The notes under the pieces were generated by a model, which was not told where the DNA came from, did no database searches, and saw only the letters and a program-made list of their open reading frames with translations. Both the position numbers and the translations under genes were made by a program. DNA of 64,000 nucleotides from Acinetobacter phage 133, in sequence record HM114315.1; one strand, 5' to 3'. Positions 54,172 through 63,750 of this stretch are shown here, in pieces (positions within the stretch are counted from its first letter, which is position 1; each line of letters opens with the position of its first letter).

Positions 54172-54920
54172 ATTAAAGCCCCCATGTCAAAACCGTTCGC
54201 AACCCAAATCACATTACCAAGTTGCAGCACGTGCGTAATTGAGGTAATTTCAGTCACTTTCCATTCAGCTTTTTCCAAATTGCTGCATACTCGGAATGGA
54301 ATTGACGATGTATCATAAAACGCGACTTGTTTGACCCCAGCGTGACTAATCATCAATATGGCGAAATCCGCTTTATTTAATTTTTGCACACGAGCATTGT
54401 TTTTACGGTAGCCAGGTGAGCCAAAAATTGTATGCCCAACCTGTGGAATAGGCCGCACTTTAATACTGTCAATGGTGTGAATACCAAATTCACCAAACGG
54501 AAGTAATTCGCTGATTTCTTCATATGCGGTATCAAAAATGTCTTCATACTTACTAAAATCATCATCAAATTTTGATTGGAATTCTTCGCTGTTCAGGTCG
54601 ACCCCAAACAACATTGAAAACACGTGTGTAATTGTTTCATTTGATGCCTTGCGATTATCATATTCTTGTCGGGACCAATTATGATAATCTTCACGAGGAA
54701 ATAATAAAGTGGTACCCAATGTGTTCAGAAATTCCATTGTACCTACGCTAGGGTGGCCATCAAAAAATTTATTCTCTTCGAATAAAATTGGGTCAGGCTC
54801 ATGCGGGTTAAATGTAAATGAAGTATCGATATAATCACCATCATTTGTATCGCCACGGATGATGCATTCATGTGTATGGTTATTCATCGCCAAAGTCCTG
54901 TAATAAAGATAAAATTGCAT
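54168..54920 (-). CDS. hypothetical protein (250 aa)
   Basis: Minus-strand ORF. Confidence 0.5.
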   Translation of the reverse strand: MQFYLYYRTLAMNNHTHECIIRGDTNDGDYIDTSFTFNPHEPDPILFEENKFFDGHPSVGTMEFLNTLGTTLLFPREDYHNWSRQEYDNRKASNETITHVFSMLFGVDLNSEEFQSKFDDDFSKYEDIFDTAYEEISELLPFGEFGIHTIDSIKVRPIPQVGHTIFGSPGYRKNNARVQKLNKADFAILMISHAGVKQVAFYDTSSIPFRVCSNLEKAEWKVTEITSITHVLQLGNVIWVANGFDMGALI

Positions 54921-55239
54921 TTTTCATGCGTAAACGTTTTGCATTAGCTCGGTTCAACTCGTCTACGTACTTTTGGTTCAATGCCATAATTTGCATTAAC
55001 TTAGTATCGTGCTGGTCATCAAACACACCAACAATTTGGCTAATCCAATAGCACTTATCGTTCATGCTTTGGAATGTGTTATTGCCAACGCCTTGATCGG
55101 TTTTCACTTCGTGAAGTTCCAAGAAGGCGTCAATTTCAGGTCGACTGATAAGTACAAACTTGCCAGTTAAATTTTTAATTTTTTCCATGTTTTCCTCAAA
55201 ATTCAGTTGACCAAATACCCCAATATTTGCGAGCATCAT
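54880..55239 (-). CDS. hypothetical protein (119 aa)
   Basis: Minus-strand ORF. Confidence 0.45.
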   Translation of the reverse strand: MMLANIGVFGQLNFEENMEKIKNLTGKFVLISRPEIDAFLELHEVKTDQGVGNNTFQSMNDKCYWISQIVGVFDDQHDTKLMQIMALNQKYVDELNRANAKRLRMKNAILSLLQDFGDE

Positions 55240-56050
55240 CCGGATTCATTACACAACCATTGTTGTAAACATACTTGCCCATAGTCCATTCCCAATTGGT
55301 AATGTAAGAATACGCTTGTGGTTGTTCAAGAGCGTTAATATAATTTTTTGATGCGTTACGGAAAATTGCGCAATGTTTGTAATCTGAGCAATTTTTAATT
55401 TTGTACACCAAAACATTGGCCATACAGCCACCGTTGCGTACATGTTTGTCAACCATACGTTCGAGCTTGTTCAATGCCTTACGAAAGCCTGCATTATTGG
55501 CCCAGGTAGAGCAAGATTCATATTGATGCAAATGTTCTTTTACATCCGGATGATTGAACTTCGGATCATAGCGTTTGTGGTTATTTTCATGCTTCACAAA
55601 TTTACGCAGTTTATCAACATTTTTCAGATGTTTAAGATCCACACTTCCCCATACACCATGGTCATGATCAAAGTGCCAATCATAAAATTCTTCATCTGAA
55701 ATTGGTTCGTAATCTGGTTCAAAATCAGATGTAAAGTGATCGTACTCATCCCACCAGTTAGATGTCTGTACAATAGGCAAGACGTCATAGTTAATTCCAG
55801 CGATGTATTGGATCTTTTCATATTTAAAATATTCACCGTATCGACCAATTGATTTAAGTTTAGAGATAGGAACATCAATACCTTGTGCAGCCAGCCATTG
55901 TTGAATATATGGATAGTCTTCAAATTTTGCATCCATTGCTTGATCGTTCAGGAAACGAGCAGCAGTAATTGCAGTTGTTTCCATAGGAACCACAAATAAT
56001 AAATCTTTGTGGGCTTCGCTATCCGAAATATAAACTACGAAAAGATCCAT
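55196..56050 (-). CDS. hypothetical protein (284 aa, His/Trp-rich)
   Basis: Minus-strand ORF. Confidence 0.55.
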   Translation of the reverse strand: MDLFVVYISDSEAHKDLLFVVPMETTAITAARFLNDQAMDAKFEDYPYIQQWLAAQGIDVPISKLKSIGRYGEYFKYEKIQYIAGINYDVLPIVQTSNWWDEYDHFTSDFEPDYEPISDEEFYDWHFDHDHGVWGSVDLKHLKNVDKLRKFVKHENNHKRYDPKFNHPDVKEHLHQYESCSTWANNAGFRKALNKLERMVDKHVRNGGCMANVLVYKIKNCSDYKHCAIFRNASKNYINALEQPQAYSYITNWEWTMGKYVYNNGCVMNPDDARKYWGIWSTEF

Positions 56051-56055
56051 ATAAT

Positions 56056-56478
56056 TTAATCCTCAAATTCAATGATAGGACAAGACTTTTCTTTTTTCGC
56101 CTTGATGTATGATATCGTAACGCCGTTTTTGTTATTTGTAAACACTTTATCCTTAAGATTGCATGCGCAAACAACAAATATTGCAGAAACAATCACAATG
56201 ACTGTACCCACAATTAGGCCGACTATGGCCGAGGCCAGATAAGTTAGCCAGTGGTTTCCAACTGGAGCTACACTCATTTGAGTAATGATAGTTTCTCCAA
56301 TAGGAAATGTAACTATCACTGCAATGATGAATAATATTGCTAAAACCCCCAGAGGTTTTAGCACTTGCCAAACATAATCACATAGACCGTGTTTAGGGAT
56401 TTCCCCGGTTGCCTGGATGAAACGATAATGCCAAGAGTTCTTACTAATTTTCATAGTGTTTTCCACACGTATAAACAT
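56056..56478 (-). CDS. membrane protein, paralogue of 58377..58859
   Basis: 140 aa. Both proteins share N-terminal K..SWHYR and C-terminal SYIKAKKEKSCPIIEFE, with two to three TM helices in between. Confidence 0.55.
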   Translation of the reverse strand: MFIRVENTMKISKNSWHYRFIQATGEIPKHGLCDYVWQVLKPLGVLAILFIIAVIVTFPIGETIITQMSVAPVGNHWLTYLASAIVGLIVGTVIVIVSAIFVVCACNLKDKVFTNNKNGVTISYIKAKKEKSCPIIEFED

Positions 56479-56732
56479 GTCGCAATGACCAAAATTGCCA
56501 CCACGTCAACAATGGTCGTAGCCCGCATAATTCGCGATGAGTGCTTATTTCCATTGTTAACAGTGTACATTTCGCCATCAATGGTGCTCATCGGGAAGTC
56601 ATTGTCTTTGTGGCGAACCCAGAGGACCATCTTTGACCCTTGATGACGAACTGATACAATTTTAACAAATGTCATCATAGACCAGAGCCAGATATATTGT
56701 CCAGATTTGAAGTGCTTAAACTTTGAACTCAT
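56451..56732 (-). CDS. small protein with C-terminal TM helix (93 aa)
   Basis: Minus-strand ORF. Confidence 0.45.
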   Translation of the reverse strand: MSSKFKHFKSGQYIWLWSMMTFVKIVSVRHQGSKMVLWVRHKDNDFPMSTIDGEMYTVNNGNKHSSRIMRATTIVDVVAILVIATCLYVWKTL

Positions 56733-57789
56733 TTTGGTTCTCCGCTAGTTGAGTTAAGAAATATTCTGATACTTCCTTTGCATATACATGCTCGATCAGG
56801 TCGTACCAATAATCAAGGTCTACTTTATCGCGCCATCCATCCAAAGCACGTTTTTTGGCCAAGTTATCTACTTTCTCAACCAGTGTATCTAAATGTGTCT
56901 GAACGTCCGTAAACGGAATTATACCTTGTTTAATTTGAAGCAAATAATCAGCATATGGTAACGGGTAAACAATATCACCATTCGTGTAAATGTCTTCCAA
57001 TTGCAACCCACCACGGATTGCATGGTGTAATGATTTCCAATCGATGCCTTCATTTCGCTCGGCCTGGCGTGCTCGTTCTCCATAATCATTCCACTTACGG
57101 TTTACAGCATGTTTGAATCGCTTCACCGATAATGTACTTTGATACGCAGAACCCAATACTTTAAAGTACAAACCTTCGTTCACGGTGTCCATGAATGCAT
57201 ACTCCGGATCAATCGGAGCTTGGTCAAAGAAATCACCGATCAATGTGTCTTGGTGCATAACCCCATCCTGGAACGTCACATTTTTAATTCGCTTGTCACC
57301 TTCCACATAAAGATCTACTGGTTTTGTTTCGGGTAACGTAGCAGCCCAATCTTTAACTGTACGTAACGCACCAAGGCGCGAACCTTTGATTCCGTACTTC
57401 GCTGCTTGTCGCTTGACATAACCCAAGTATGCTTTCATGCTCGTAGTATAGAACAAATGCCGACGACTCTGAATCAATGTCCAAATATGGCCATATGTCG
57501 GGTCCAGTTCGACCATGTTCTCTGGTGCATGAAGCATGTCAATTGCAATAGTTTCGCCTTTGAATGCCATTTCCAGGAATGCCTGAAGGCTGAAGTATTC
57601 TTCATCTACGTCCTGGGCCGTATTTTTTACTTCATCGCTCGCAGTATTATGCAAGATGTTCTTTTTAACGTTGCCCATAAGAATGTCACGAGGCTCAGGA
57701 ATATAAATGCCCTTGTAGTCCGTGTCAGACTCTGGAGTTGAAGTTCCATATAGTTTAGAACCAAATTGTACGCGCATAATAAGTTTCAT
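56716..57789 (-). CDS. Pol-beta-superfamily nucleotidyltransferase (RlaP/DUF-type predicted NTase)
   Basis: Start at MKLIMRVQFGSKLYGTSTPESDTDYKGIYIP, which fits the GS-x9-13-D.D NTase motif. TAATG-type coupling with the upstream ORF. 357 aa. Confidence 0.55.
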   Translation of the reverse strand: MKLIMRVQFGSKLYGTSTPESDTDYKGIYIPEPRDILMGNVKKNILHNTASDEVKNTAQDVDEEYFSLQAFLEMAFKGETIAIDMLHAPENMVELDPTYGHIWTLIQSRRHLFYTTSMKAYLGYVKRQAAKYGIKGSRLGALRTVKDWAATLPETKPVDLYVEGDKRIKNVTFQDGVMHQDTLIGDFFDQAPIDPEYAFMDTVNEGLYFKVLGSAYQSTLSVKRFKHAVNRKWNDYGERARQAERNEGIDWKSLHHAIRGGLQLEDIYTNGDIVYPLPYADYLLQIKQGIIPFTDVQTHLDTLVEKVDNLAKKRALDGWRDKVDLDYWYDLIEHVYAKEVSEYFLTQLAENQNEFKV

Positions 57790-58112
57790 TATTTTCTCTC
57801 TACTGAAAAACGGATTCGTGTGGTTTCCCGACACGTTGTAATAGTGAATATGTCCAATTTTACATTTGTTCGGTCTCGGTGACAGATCAGGGCAGACCCA
57901 ACTGCATCAGAGCTCAAAAGTTTATTTGGGAGATGTCTGTTGTACAAGTCCCGGGAGTCAATTTCAATTTGCCAATTTGCCTGGGTAGGATTATGCCGGA
58001 TATACTCGGCCATACATTCTTCAACTTCGGCAAATACGGCTAGGGCAAAATCTTCTGTGTCGGCCTTGAACTTGGCTGATACTTCATCGATTAAATTTTG
58101 AAAGTCAAACAT
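57789..58112 (-). CDS. hypothetical protein (107 aa)
   Basis: Minus-strand ORF. Confidence 0.5.
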   Translation of the reverse strand: MFDFQNLIDEVSAKFKADTEDFALAVFAEVEECMAEYIRHNPTQANWQIEIDSRDLYNRHLPNKLLSSDAVGSALICHRDRTNVKLDIFTITTCRETTRIRFSVERK

Positions 58113-58113
58113 A

Positions 58114-58380
58114 TTACCTCAATTGTGAGTCTTTTGACCCACGCCTATTGTAGTACGACACATGCTTTGTATCATGATCGGATTGACACGATACGCAATA
58201 TTGCACACCTTTCACAGCCAATCTACGTCCTGCTGGAATCTCATTATCACAATCAAGACAATGAGTTTCAGTGGGTTTACTTTCTTTTAATTCCAGGTCC
58301 AATCTAGCCCAGTCAATAGCGTCATTAATTGTTGACGTCATTGTTTCAAATACTGGATCGCTTGGACCCCACCCGTTCAA
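58114..58380 (-). CDS. DksA/TraR-family C4 zinc-finger protein
   Basis: CLDCDNEIPAGRRLAVKGVQYCVSCQ matches the TraR/DksA C-x2-C-x17-C-x2-C finger. Confidence 0.65.
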   Translation of the reverse strand: MNGWGPSDPVFETMTSTINDAIDWARLDLELKESKPTETHCLDCDNEIPAGRRLAVKGVQYCVSCQSDHDTKHVSYYNRRGSKDSQLR

Positions 58381-58859
58381 TGTTCAATCTCAATCATTGG
58401 ACAAAGTTTCTGCTTACGAGCTTTGATATAAGAACGAACTAGACCAGGCTCTTTTGGTTTATGTGTAATGTATTTGTTATACTTGCGATTATAAATCAAT
58501 TTAGATATCGCCTCACTCAATTCAATTACGATTCCGATCGCAAGACATACCCCACCTACGATGAAAACCGTAGTCAATATGCCCAAAAGTAATATCAATG
58601 GCCAGATATCAGGTGAATACCAATGTAGGTATAATGTATTAACTTCAAACACACCGGCTGCATTACCTAAAAAGCCCACTGCAACTGTACCTAGGAACCA
58701 AATGACAATCGCTGTGATTAATGCAATTGCGGCTAGACCCATTAAACGATACAAAGTTACCCGCACATATGGGCATAGTGAAGGGGGAACCGATTCATCC
58801 CAGTTTTTGCAGAATGAAGTATTAAGACGGTAATGCCAAGAAGTAGCTTTAATTTTCAT
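58377..58859 (-). CDS. membrane protein, paralogue of 56056..56478
   Basis: 160 aa; see the paralogue entry. Confidence 0.55.
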   Translation of the reverse strand: MKIKATSWHYRLNTSFCKNWDESVPPSLCPYVRVTLYRLMGLAAIALITAIVIWFLGTVAVGFLGNAAGVFEVNTLYLHWYSPDIWPLILLLGILTTVFIVGGVCLAIGIVIELSEAISKLIYNRKYNKYITHKPKEPGLVRSYIKARKQKLCPMIEIEH

Positions 58860-59089
58860 TGCGGATTACCTTTAATAATGGTCAATACTACACGCTGTTC
58901 TTCACCATTTAAAAATGCATATTGACATACACCCGTTTGATCAACAGTTTCAATGATCGAAGCTGGGATACCTTTTGCATTGAAGGTCGCCACATGATTA
59001 GTGAATGCAAAATCAAACTGCTCGGTTGACAATGTAGATTGCCCTACAATTTGGGTTACGATAATATAATTAACCATTTTATTTCTCAC
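58856..59089 (-). CDS. hypothetical protein (77 aa)
   Basis: Minus-strand ORF. Confidence 0.45.
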   Translation of the reverse strand: MRNKMVNYIIVTQIVGQSTLSTEQFDFAFTNHVATFNAKGIPASIIETVDQTGVCQYAFLNGEEQRVVLTIIKGNPQ

Positions 59090-59143
59090 GTTGGTTGGAA
59101 TAAGAGAATATTAAACCGATAGAAATAAAAAGTAAACCCTAAA

Positions 59144-59175
59144 ACGAAAAAAGAGAGCATATGCTCTCTTTTCTT
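59144..59175. terminator. rho-independent terminator (AGAGAGCAT/ATGCTCTCT stem with A-tract before and T-tract after)
   Basis: 9-bp perfect palindrome. Confidence 0.55.
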
Positions 59176-59455
59176 AAGTTATTGGGACGTAAGGCTGTTC
59201 ACGCAGGTTTGCATACCAGCTATGACTTCGCCACTCAATGTTAAATGGAAATGGTTTGTTATATTCAACAGTCGAACTTAGAATTTTCTTCCATGCTCGA
59301 TATTGCGTACCATCAGGCATTGTAAATGTTGCAATTGGGTAGTTACCCAGGAATTCTTTCCCTACTTCCGTGAGAAAACGCGCGCGCTCTCCCTCGATTA
59401 GGTAAAAGCGGTCATTTTTCAACAAATGCATGGTTGGCGTATAGTCAAAACTCAT
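59174..59455 (-). CDS. hypothetical protein (93 aa)
   Basis: Minus-strand ORF. Confidence 0.5.
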   Translation of the reverse strand: MSFDYTPTMHLLKNDRFYLIEGERARFLTEVGKEFLGNYPIATFTMPDGTQYRAWKKILSSTVEYNKPFPFNIEWRSHSWYANLREQPYVPIT

Positions 59456-59727
59456 TTATTATCCTTTTCCTTGACTTGAATGTTTTTACGTTTCACATAT
59501 TCCTTGGCTGTGACTTGGCCCCATTCCGTGCAGTCATTTTTACAACTAGTTTCGGTCCATTTGCTTTTAACAAAAGCGTAGAATCGTTCAGATTCGTCCT
59601 TGCTGGGATTTTCGAATTGGGAATATACAGTCATTGCACCCTCAAAATAGGTGTTAAACTTATCGGGGTTCTTAGCCGAACAGGCCAGACTGACAGTTAT
59701 AGTCAGCATCATTATTACCCACTTCAT
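59452..59727 (-). CDS. putative lipoprotein (91 aa)
   Basis: Signal peptide with lipobox VSLAC. Confidence 0.5.
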   Translation of the reverse strand: MKWVIMMLTITVSLACSAKNPDKFNTYFEGAMTVYSQFENPSKDESERFYAFVKSKWTETSCKNDCTEWGQVTAKEYVKRKNIQVKEKDNK

Positions 59728-60032
59728 TATTTATCCACCATCTTTTTCTCATTTTCCAGGCAGGTCTCCATAAAAATGGAGTCGAAATTATCAATTACCC
59801 ATTTCTTATGTGAAACATCTTTATCCGGAATAGTCTTTAAATAACTATTCTTAACGTCTTCCAGCCCAGACCGGTTTGGGCACAGGTTAGATACGTAGAC
59901 TGGATATGCGTATGCAATAGACTTAGCGTTACGTTGATATTCATCTACGCCCCCATTTCTGGGAACCTGGAACAAAACCAAGTATATAATAACTAAGCCG
60001 AAGATTATGTATCCTACTGGGTTATCATTCAT
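59727..60032 (-). CDS. N-terminally membrane-anchored protein (101 aa)
   Basis: N-terminal TM helix YIIFGLVIIYLVLF. Confidence 0.5.
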   Translation of the reverse strand: MNDNPVGYIIFGLVIIYLVLFQVPRNGGVDEYQRNAKSIAYAYPVYVSNLCPNRSGLEDVKNSYLKTIPDKDVSHKKWVIDNFDSIFMETCLENEKKMVDK

Positions 60033-60444
60033 TTTTAGACTCCTCTAAAGGGCCTAAGTTCTCAAACTTGTACGTTGTGTGTTCATTGTACATATTCCAT
60101 ACGCGTAGGAACATAGGTCGTTTGCAATCAATAAAGACCCGATGTAGATCGGGGCCTGAATTTGAGTTTATACTTTCCTTGACAATTGCCCCGGTTGTTG
60201 TCGTACCACAAGAACGCATGTTAAACATGCCGTAATTCGCTGTGGTTCGCTCACCATCGCGCGATATAAAATACAGCTTAAAATCATCAGCCCTACTATT
60301 ATAAATCAGTTCTGCGAAGGGTAGGGAGTCTGTACGATCAACCGATATTTTAGTACCATAACTGCTGTAAGTTGAATCCGCAACTTTCTCCCAGGCAAAT
60401 GCGACTGGGGATAATAGAGCCAGTAATAGGACCAGGTATTTCAT
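60025..60444 (-). CDS. secreted protein with signal peptide (139 aa)
   Basis: MKYLVLLLALLSPVAFAW. Confidence 0.55.
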   Translation of the reverse strand: MKYLVLLLALLSPVAFAWEKVADSTYSSYGTKISVDRTDSLPFAELIYNSRADDFKLYFISRDGERTTANYGMFNMRSCGTTTTGAIVKESINSNSGPDLHRVFIDCKRPMFLRVWNMYNEHTTYKFENLGPLEESKNE

Positions 60445-60764
60445 CGATCAAGTAATCCTGTGATGTATTGTAACATTAATTTTGATTTGTAAGCTTCACA
60501 CATCTTTTTCTCAGGTGCGTATTCACAATAACCGGATAGTTCTCGATGTTTGCGATTGACTAGTGTTCCGATTGTAACCGGGTCACGTTCATTTAGGCCC
60601 TGGAAGTACATGCTTTCCAGTTCTAATGAGATGACATCAATGCATTCTCGGTTTGTTGAGCAAAACCAGCCTGCTTCTTTTTGAACTTCATTTGCACTGA
60701 GTTTGGCATCAGCTGCCATAAAGGGCGTTAATACCAGTGCTAAGGCTAGTGCGATTTTCTTCAT
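60441..60764 (-). CDS. secreted protein with signal peptide (107 aa, Cys-containing)
   Basis: MKKIALALALVLTPFMAADA. Confidence 0.55.
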   Translation of the reverse strand: MKKIALALALVLTPFMAADAKLSANEVQKEAGWFCSTNRECIDVISLELESMYFQGLNERDPVTIGTLVNRKHRELSGYCEYAPEKKMCEAYKSKLMLQYITGLLDR

Positions 60765-61267
60765 TTTTCAACCTTCAATATGTTATTAGTTTTAAGGTAT
60801 TGGGCCTTCTTTAAAACACTACGAGAGTATCCTTGACCTTTGTGAATTTGCCATCCGGCATTATATGAAGCAATGGCTTTGCTTATATTGCCATTATGTA
60901 CCTTGAGCCAATACTCAAGTTCTACATTTGCCCAATGTGCTGAGGTATTAAAGCTGCGTAAATCCCCAGCAATTTGAGCATTGGTCTTAGTGACACCGTT
61001 TTGTTTCATGCGACTTTTAACGGTAGGAATATAATTCTGGAATGGCCCTACAGCGTGACCATTCTTTCCGCAGTTAATACCTGCGCTAGATTCCTGCCAG
61101 AGTATAGCAGCCATGATATATCCACGATCTAAATTGCCAGATCGGGACTGCGGGACTTTCTTCCCGTATTGATACGCCTTATGCATATTTTGGATTTGAG
61201 TGTCACTGAAATTATATGCCCATACGGGCGAGGCTACCAAGGCCAATATTAGTAATAGATATTTCAT
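60761..61267 (-). CDS. secreted SLT-domain lytic transglycosylase-like protein
   Basis: Signal peptide MKYLLLILALVASPVWA. Catalytic-Glu motif AILWQESS, then GPFQ and YNAG, as in family-1 lytic transglycosylases. Confidence 0.6.
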   Translation of the reverse strand: MKYLLLILALVASPVWAYNFSDTQIQNMHKAYQYGKKVPQSRSGNLDRGYIMAAILWQESSAGINCGKNGHAVGPFQNYIPTVKSRMKQNGVTKTNAQIAGDLRSFNTSAHWANVELEYWLKVHNGNISKAIASYNAGWQIHKGQGYSRSVLKKAQYLKTNNILKVEK

Positions 61268-61295
61268 GGGTTCTCCATATATTTACGGTTATTTT

Positions 61296-61637
61296 TTAGC
61301 CAGTATAATAAAATGCGGAAATAATAGCAATCACAATAAAGTGCAATGCCTGGTCCACATGCAAATTAATTTTACCTTCGCATTTTAATGTGTCAATTAC
61401 CCAGTGAGTAACGAACATGAATAGGCCTAGATATAGGCTTTTGGTAATTAACAAAACTGGCAGTGCATGGATTGCAGCATGTGCAGTAATACAATGTAAC
61501 CAAAACTCATTTGGACCATCATTTACCCAACGAGCTTTATATTTTGCGATAAAGTCACCTTGCAGAGGATAATCACATAAAAAGTGAATGGCCATAAAAA
61601 CAGCAAAGATATAAAATAAATTTTCGTAGTCCATCAT
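61296..61637 (-). CDS. multi-pass membrane protein with conserved His residues (113 aa)
   Basis: Three hydrophobic helices and several His residues. Confidence 0.5.
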   Translation of the reverse strand: MMDYENLFYIFAVFMAIHFLCDYPLQGDFIAKYKARWVNDGPNEFWLHCITAHAAIHALPVLLITKSLYLGLFMFVTHWVIDTLKCEGKINLHVDQALHFIVIAIISAFYYTG

Positions 61638-62062
61638 TTTTCCTTTTTCCTGAGGCGGCCCTCAGTCATTTTAGTATACCAATCCATATAGAAAAATGGA
61701 TCTTGCATTTTAAGTTGAAATCTACGAGAAGCATATTCAGATCTGGCTTGTCGATCTTCTTTAGACAGTGTTTGATTGACATAATCAAATCCGCCTTTGC
61801 CTCCCAATTTAACATTGTATGTATCTGGCCTAGTCAGAAATTCTTCGGTTACAATGCTAGCTTCATGTTTGTACATGTCTTCCTGATTATAGTGCACCTT
61901 TAAAATCTCAGTATGGAAATTTTCAGGACCATACTTTTTAATTGCAGTTTTTAAAACTTTACCTGAACCAAGGTAATTGTCATATAAGTTTGACGTTTTA
62001 TGCACACCAACATAAAAATTTCCATTCTTGATGTTGGTGGTTTTATACGTAAAGTAGAACAT
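61634..62062 (-). CDS. GIY-YIG endonuclease domain protein (Seg-like)
   Basis: FYFTYKTTNIKNGNFYVGVH ... YLGSG, a classic GIY-x10-YVG motif. At 142 aa it lacks the long DNA-binding tail of the T4 Seg proteins. Confidence 0.65.
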   Translation of the reverse strand: MFYFTYKTTNIKNGNFYVGVHKTSNLYDNYLGSGKVLKTAIKKYGPENFHTEILKVHYNQEDMYKHEASIVTEEFLTRPDTYNVKLGGKGGFDYVNQTLSKEDRQARSEYASRRFQLKMQDPFFYMDWYTKMTEGRLRKKEK

Positions 62063-62104
62063 AACAGGTACTAAAAGTATTAATACCTGTATTTATTCAT
62101 TTGC

Positions 62105-62398
62105 TTATTTAACGAGCTTGTCCAATGCAGAAGGGTCTACTTCCAACACATGCTGGACAGTTTTGCCGCTATACTTGCCACGAGCAACATAGATTTTACT
62201 ATTATGTACTTCAGCCGGGCTTTCACCAACAACCGATGGGACCATAATAGTTGACACTGTTGGATCAAGGCTTGCCATTGAAACATTTTTACCGTTGAAT
62301 CGGAAGTTCGCAGATTCATGCAATTCAGTGAATGATTTCATAATTGTTCCAGGTTTAAAAATATATTTACAGAATAATAAAAATCGCTTCGGGATCAA
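62105..62398 (-). CDS. hypothetical protein (97 aa)
   Basis: Minus-strand ORF. Confidence 0.45.
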   Translation of the reverse strand: MIPKRFLLFCKYIFKPGTIMKSFTELHESANFRFNGKNVSMASLDPTVSTIMVPSVVGESPAEVHNSKIYVARGKYSGKTVQHVLEVDPSALDKLVK

Positions 62399-62804
62399 CT
62401 AAGCTGTATAAGTGCATAATCGTACGATTTCGCTTATTATGGTTCGTATGATCCTGAAAGTACATACCCTGGAAGTCAATAAACACTCGTTTGACATAAG
62501 AAAGGTCTTGGCCTCTCAAACAATTTGCGTGGTGTCGACCAATTGAGAACCTAGCAAGTTTCGGTGAAATTGAATCAGCGAACTTATCAGACTCTTTTGA
62601 CAGTGGGCCCACGTACATATCCGTATGAGGATTCAATGTCTGCTTTAACTGTTCAACAATGAATTTTTTAGAACAACTCGGCAATGCAACCATACGAGTT
62701 GCCACAACATCCATGTAACTTGGGCCAGTGTAATAACGAGTGTATTCAGACTCTGGTGTTAGTTCAAGTGTTAGTTCATTCAAAATATTTTGTAGAATGC
62801 TCAT
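62367..62804 (-). CDS. hypothetical protein (145 aa)
   Basis: Minus-strand ORF. Confidence 0.5.
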   Translation of the reverse strand: MSILQNILNELTLELTPESEYTRYYTGPSYMDVVATRMVALPSCSKKFIVEQLKQTLNPHTDMYVGPLSKESDKFADSISPKLARFSIGRHHANCLRGQDLSYVKRVFIDFQGMYFQDHTNHNKRNRTIMHLYSLVDPEAIFIIL

Positions 62805-63091
62805 GATAAGGCCTTTGTTCGCTGTTTGACGGTCATTAAGCCATAATGACCAAATGTATTACGGGAAGTAGAATTCAGCATGCAATAGTATTTCATGTCC
62901 CAAATGCGAGAATCATTTTTTACTAAGCAATATAAAGAGTGAGCGTCTTTGGTAGACCATTCACATTTTGGGCGGCTATTTTTAATTGCATTCAATTGGA
63001 TTTTCGTACTGTTGGTGCAATACTTATAGCAATCATTCATAAATGCAATCAATTGTTTACGCTTATGTAACTTGTAATGCTTGTTATTCAT
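62801..63091 (-). CDS. hypothetical Cys-rich protein (96 aa)
   Basis: Minus-strand ORF, ATGA junctions. Confidence 0.5.
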   Translation of the reverse strand: MNNKHYKLHKRKQLIAFMNDCYKYCTNSTKIQLNAIKNSRPKCEWSTKDAHSLYCLVKNDSRIWDMKYYCMLNSTSRNTFGHYGLMTVKQRTKALS

Positions 63092-63579
63092 TAGTACGCT
63101 CGATAAATGCAGAGGTCAACCGATGATTGATCCACAGGTTCACCCGGGATTGTATTATTCTCTTTGCATGTAGCATAGAGCTCTTTGTAACGATGGCTTG
63201 ATTTATCCATACCAGATGTATAATCAACAGGCTGTGACCAGTCGTCAGTAATAAAATCGTTTAGTTGTTCTTGAATGCAGTATTTTAAGTTTGAATAATA
63301 CTGAGTAAGAATTTTTGCACCTTCCTCGGTGGATGAGTCTAAATTTTGGTCTAAAGAACTGGCATAGCGTTCATGGCAAATATTTGCGGCCTTATGGTAA
63401 TCTTTACCATACTTGTCCATCAATGGCTCAAGCTCAGCGGTAACAAAATCAGTACCAAGTCCAGCATAATTGGAATCGGGAGTTTCATTCATTTCGTCAC
63501 TGAAACTATGTGAAAGGTCAACGTGAGTATTTGTACAGCCCACCAATAAAAATGATAATGCAATTAATTTAAATTTCAT
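63091..63579 (-). CDS. putative lipoprotein (162 aa)
   Basis: Signal peptide with lipobox LLVGC. Confidence 0.55.
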   Translation of the reverse strand: MKFKLIALSFLLVGCTNTHVDLSHSFSDEMNETPDSNYAGLGTDFVTAELEPLMDKYGKDYHKAANICHERYASSLDQNLDSSTEEGAKILTQYYSNLKYCIQEQLNDFITDDWSQPVDYTSGMDKSSHRYKELYATCKENNTIPGEPVDQSSVDLCIYRAY

Positions 63580-63750
63580 GATACGATACCTAAAATTGAT
63601 AAAAATATGAGTACGGCACCAATCACAAAATGAGTTAAAGCCGTGTGAAAATCTTTAGGATGGCGTTTACTTGGCCATATACAAACTGCAGCCGAAATGA
63701 TCAATAAACACCCAACAAAGAGACTAATTAAAAATCCTGTATTATCCATG

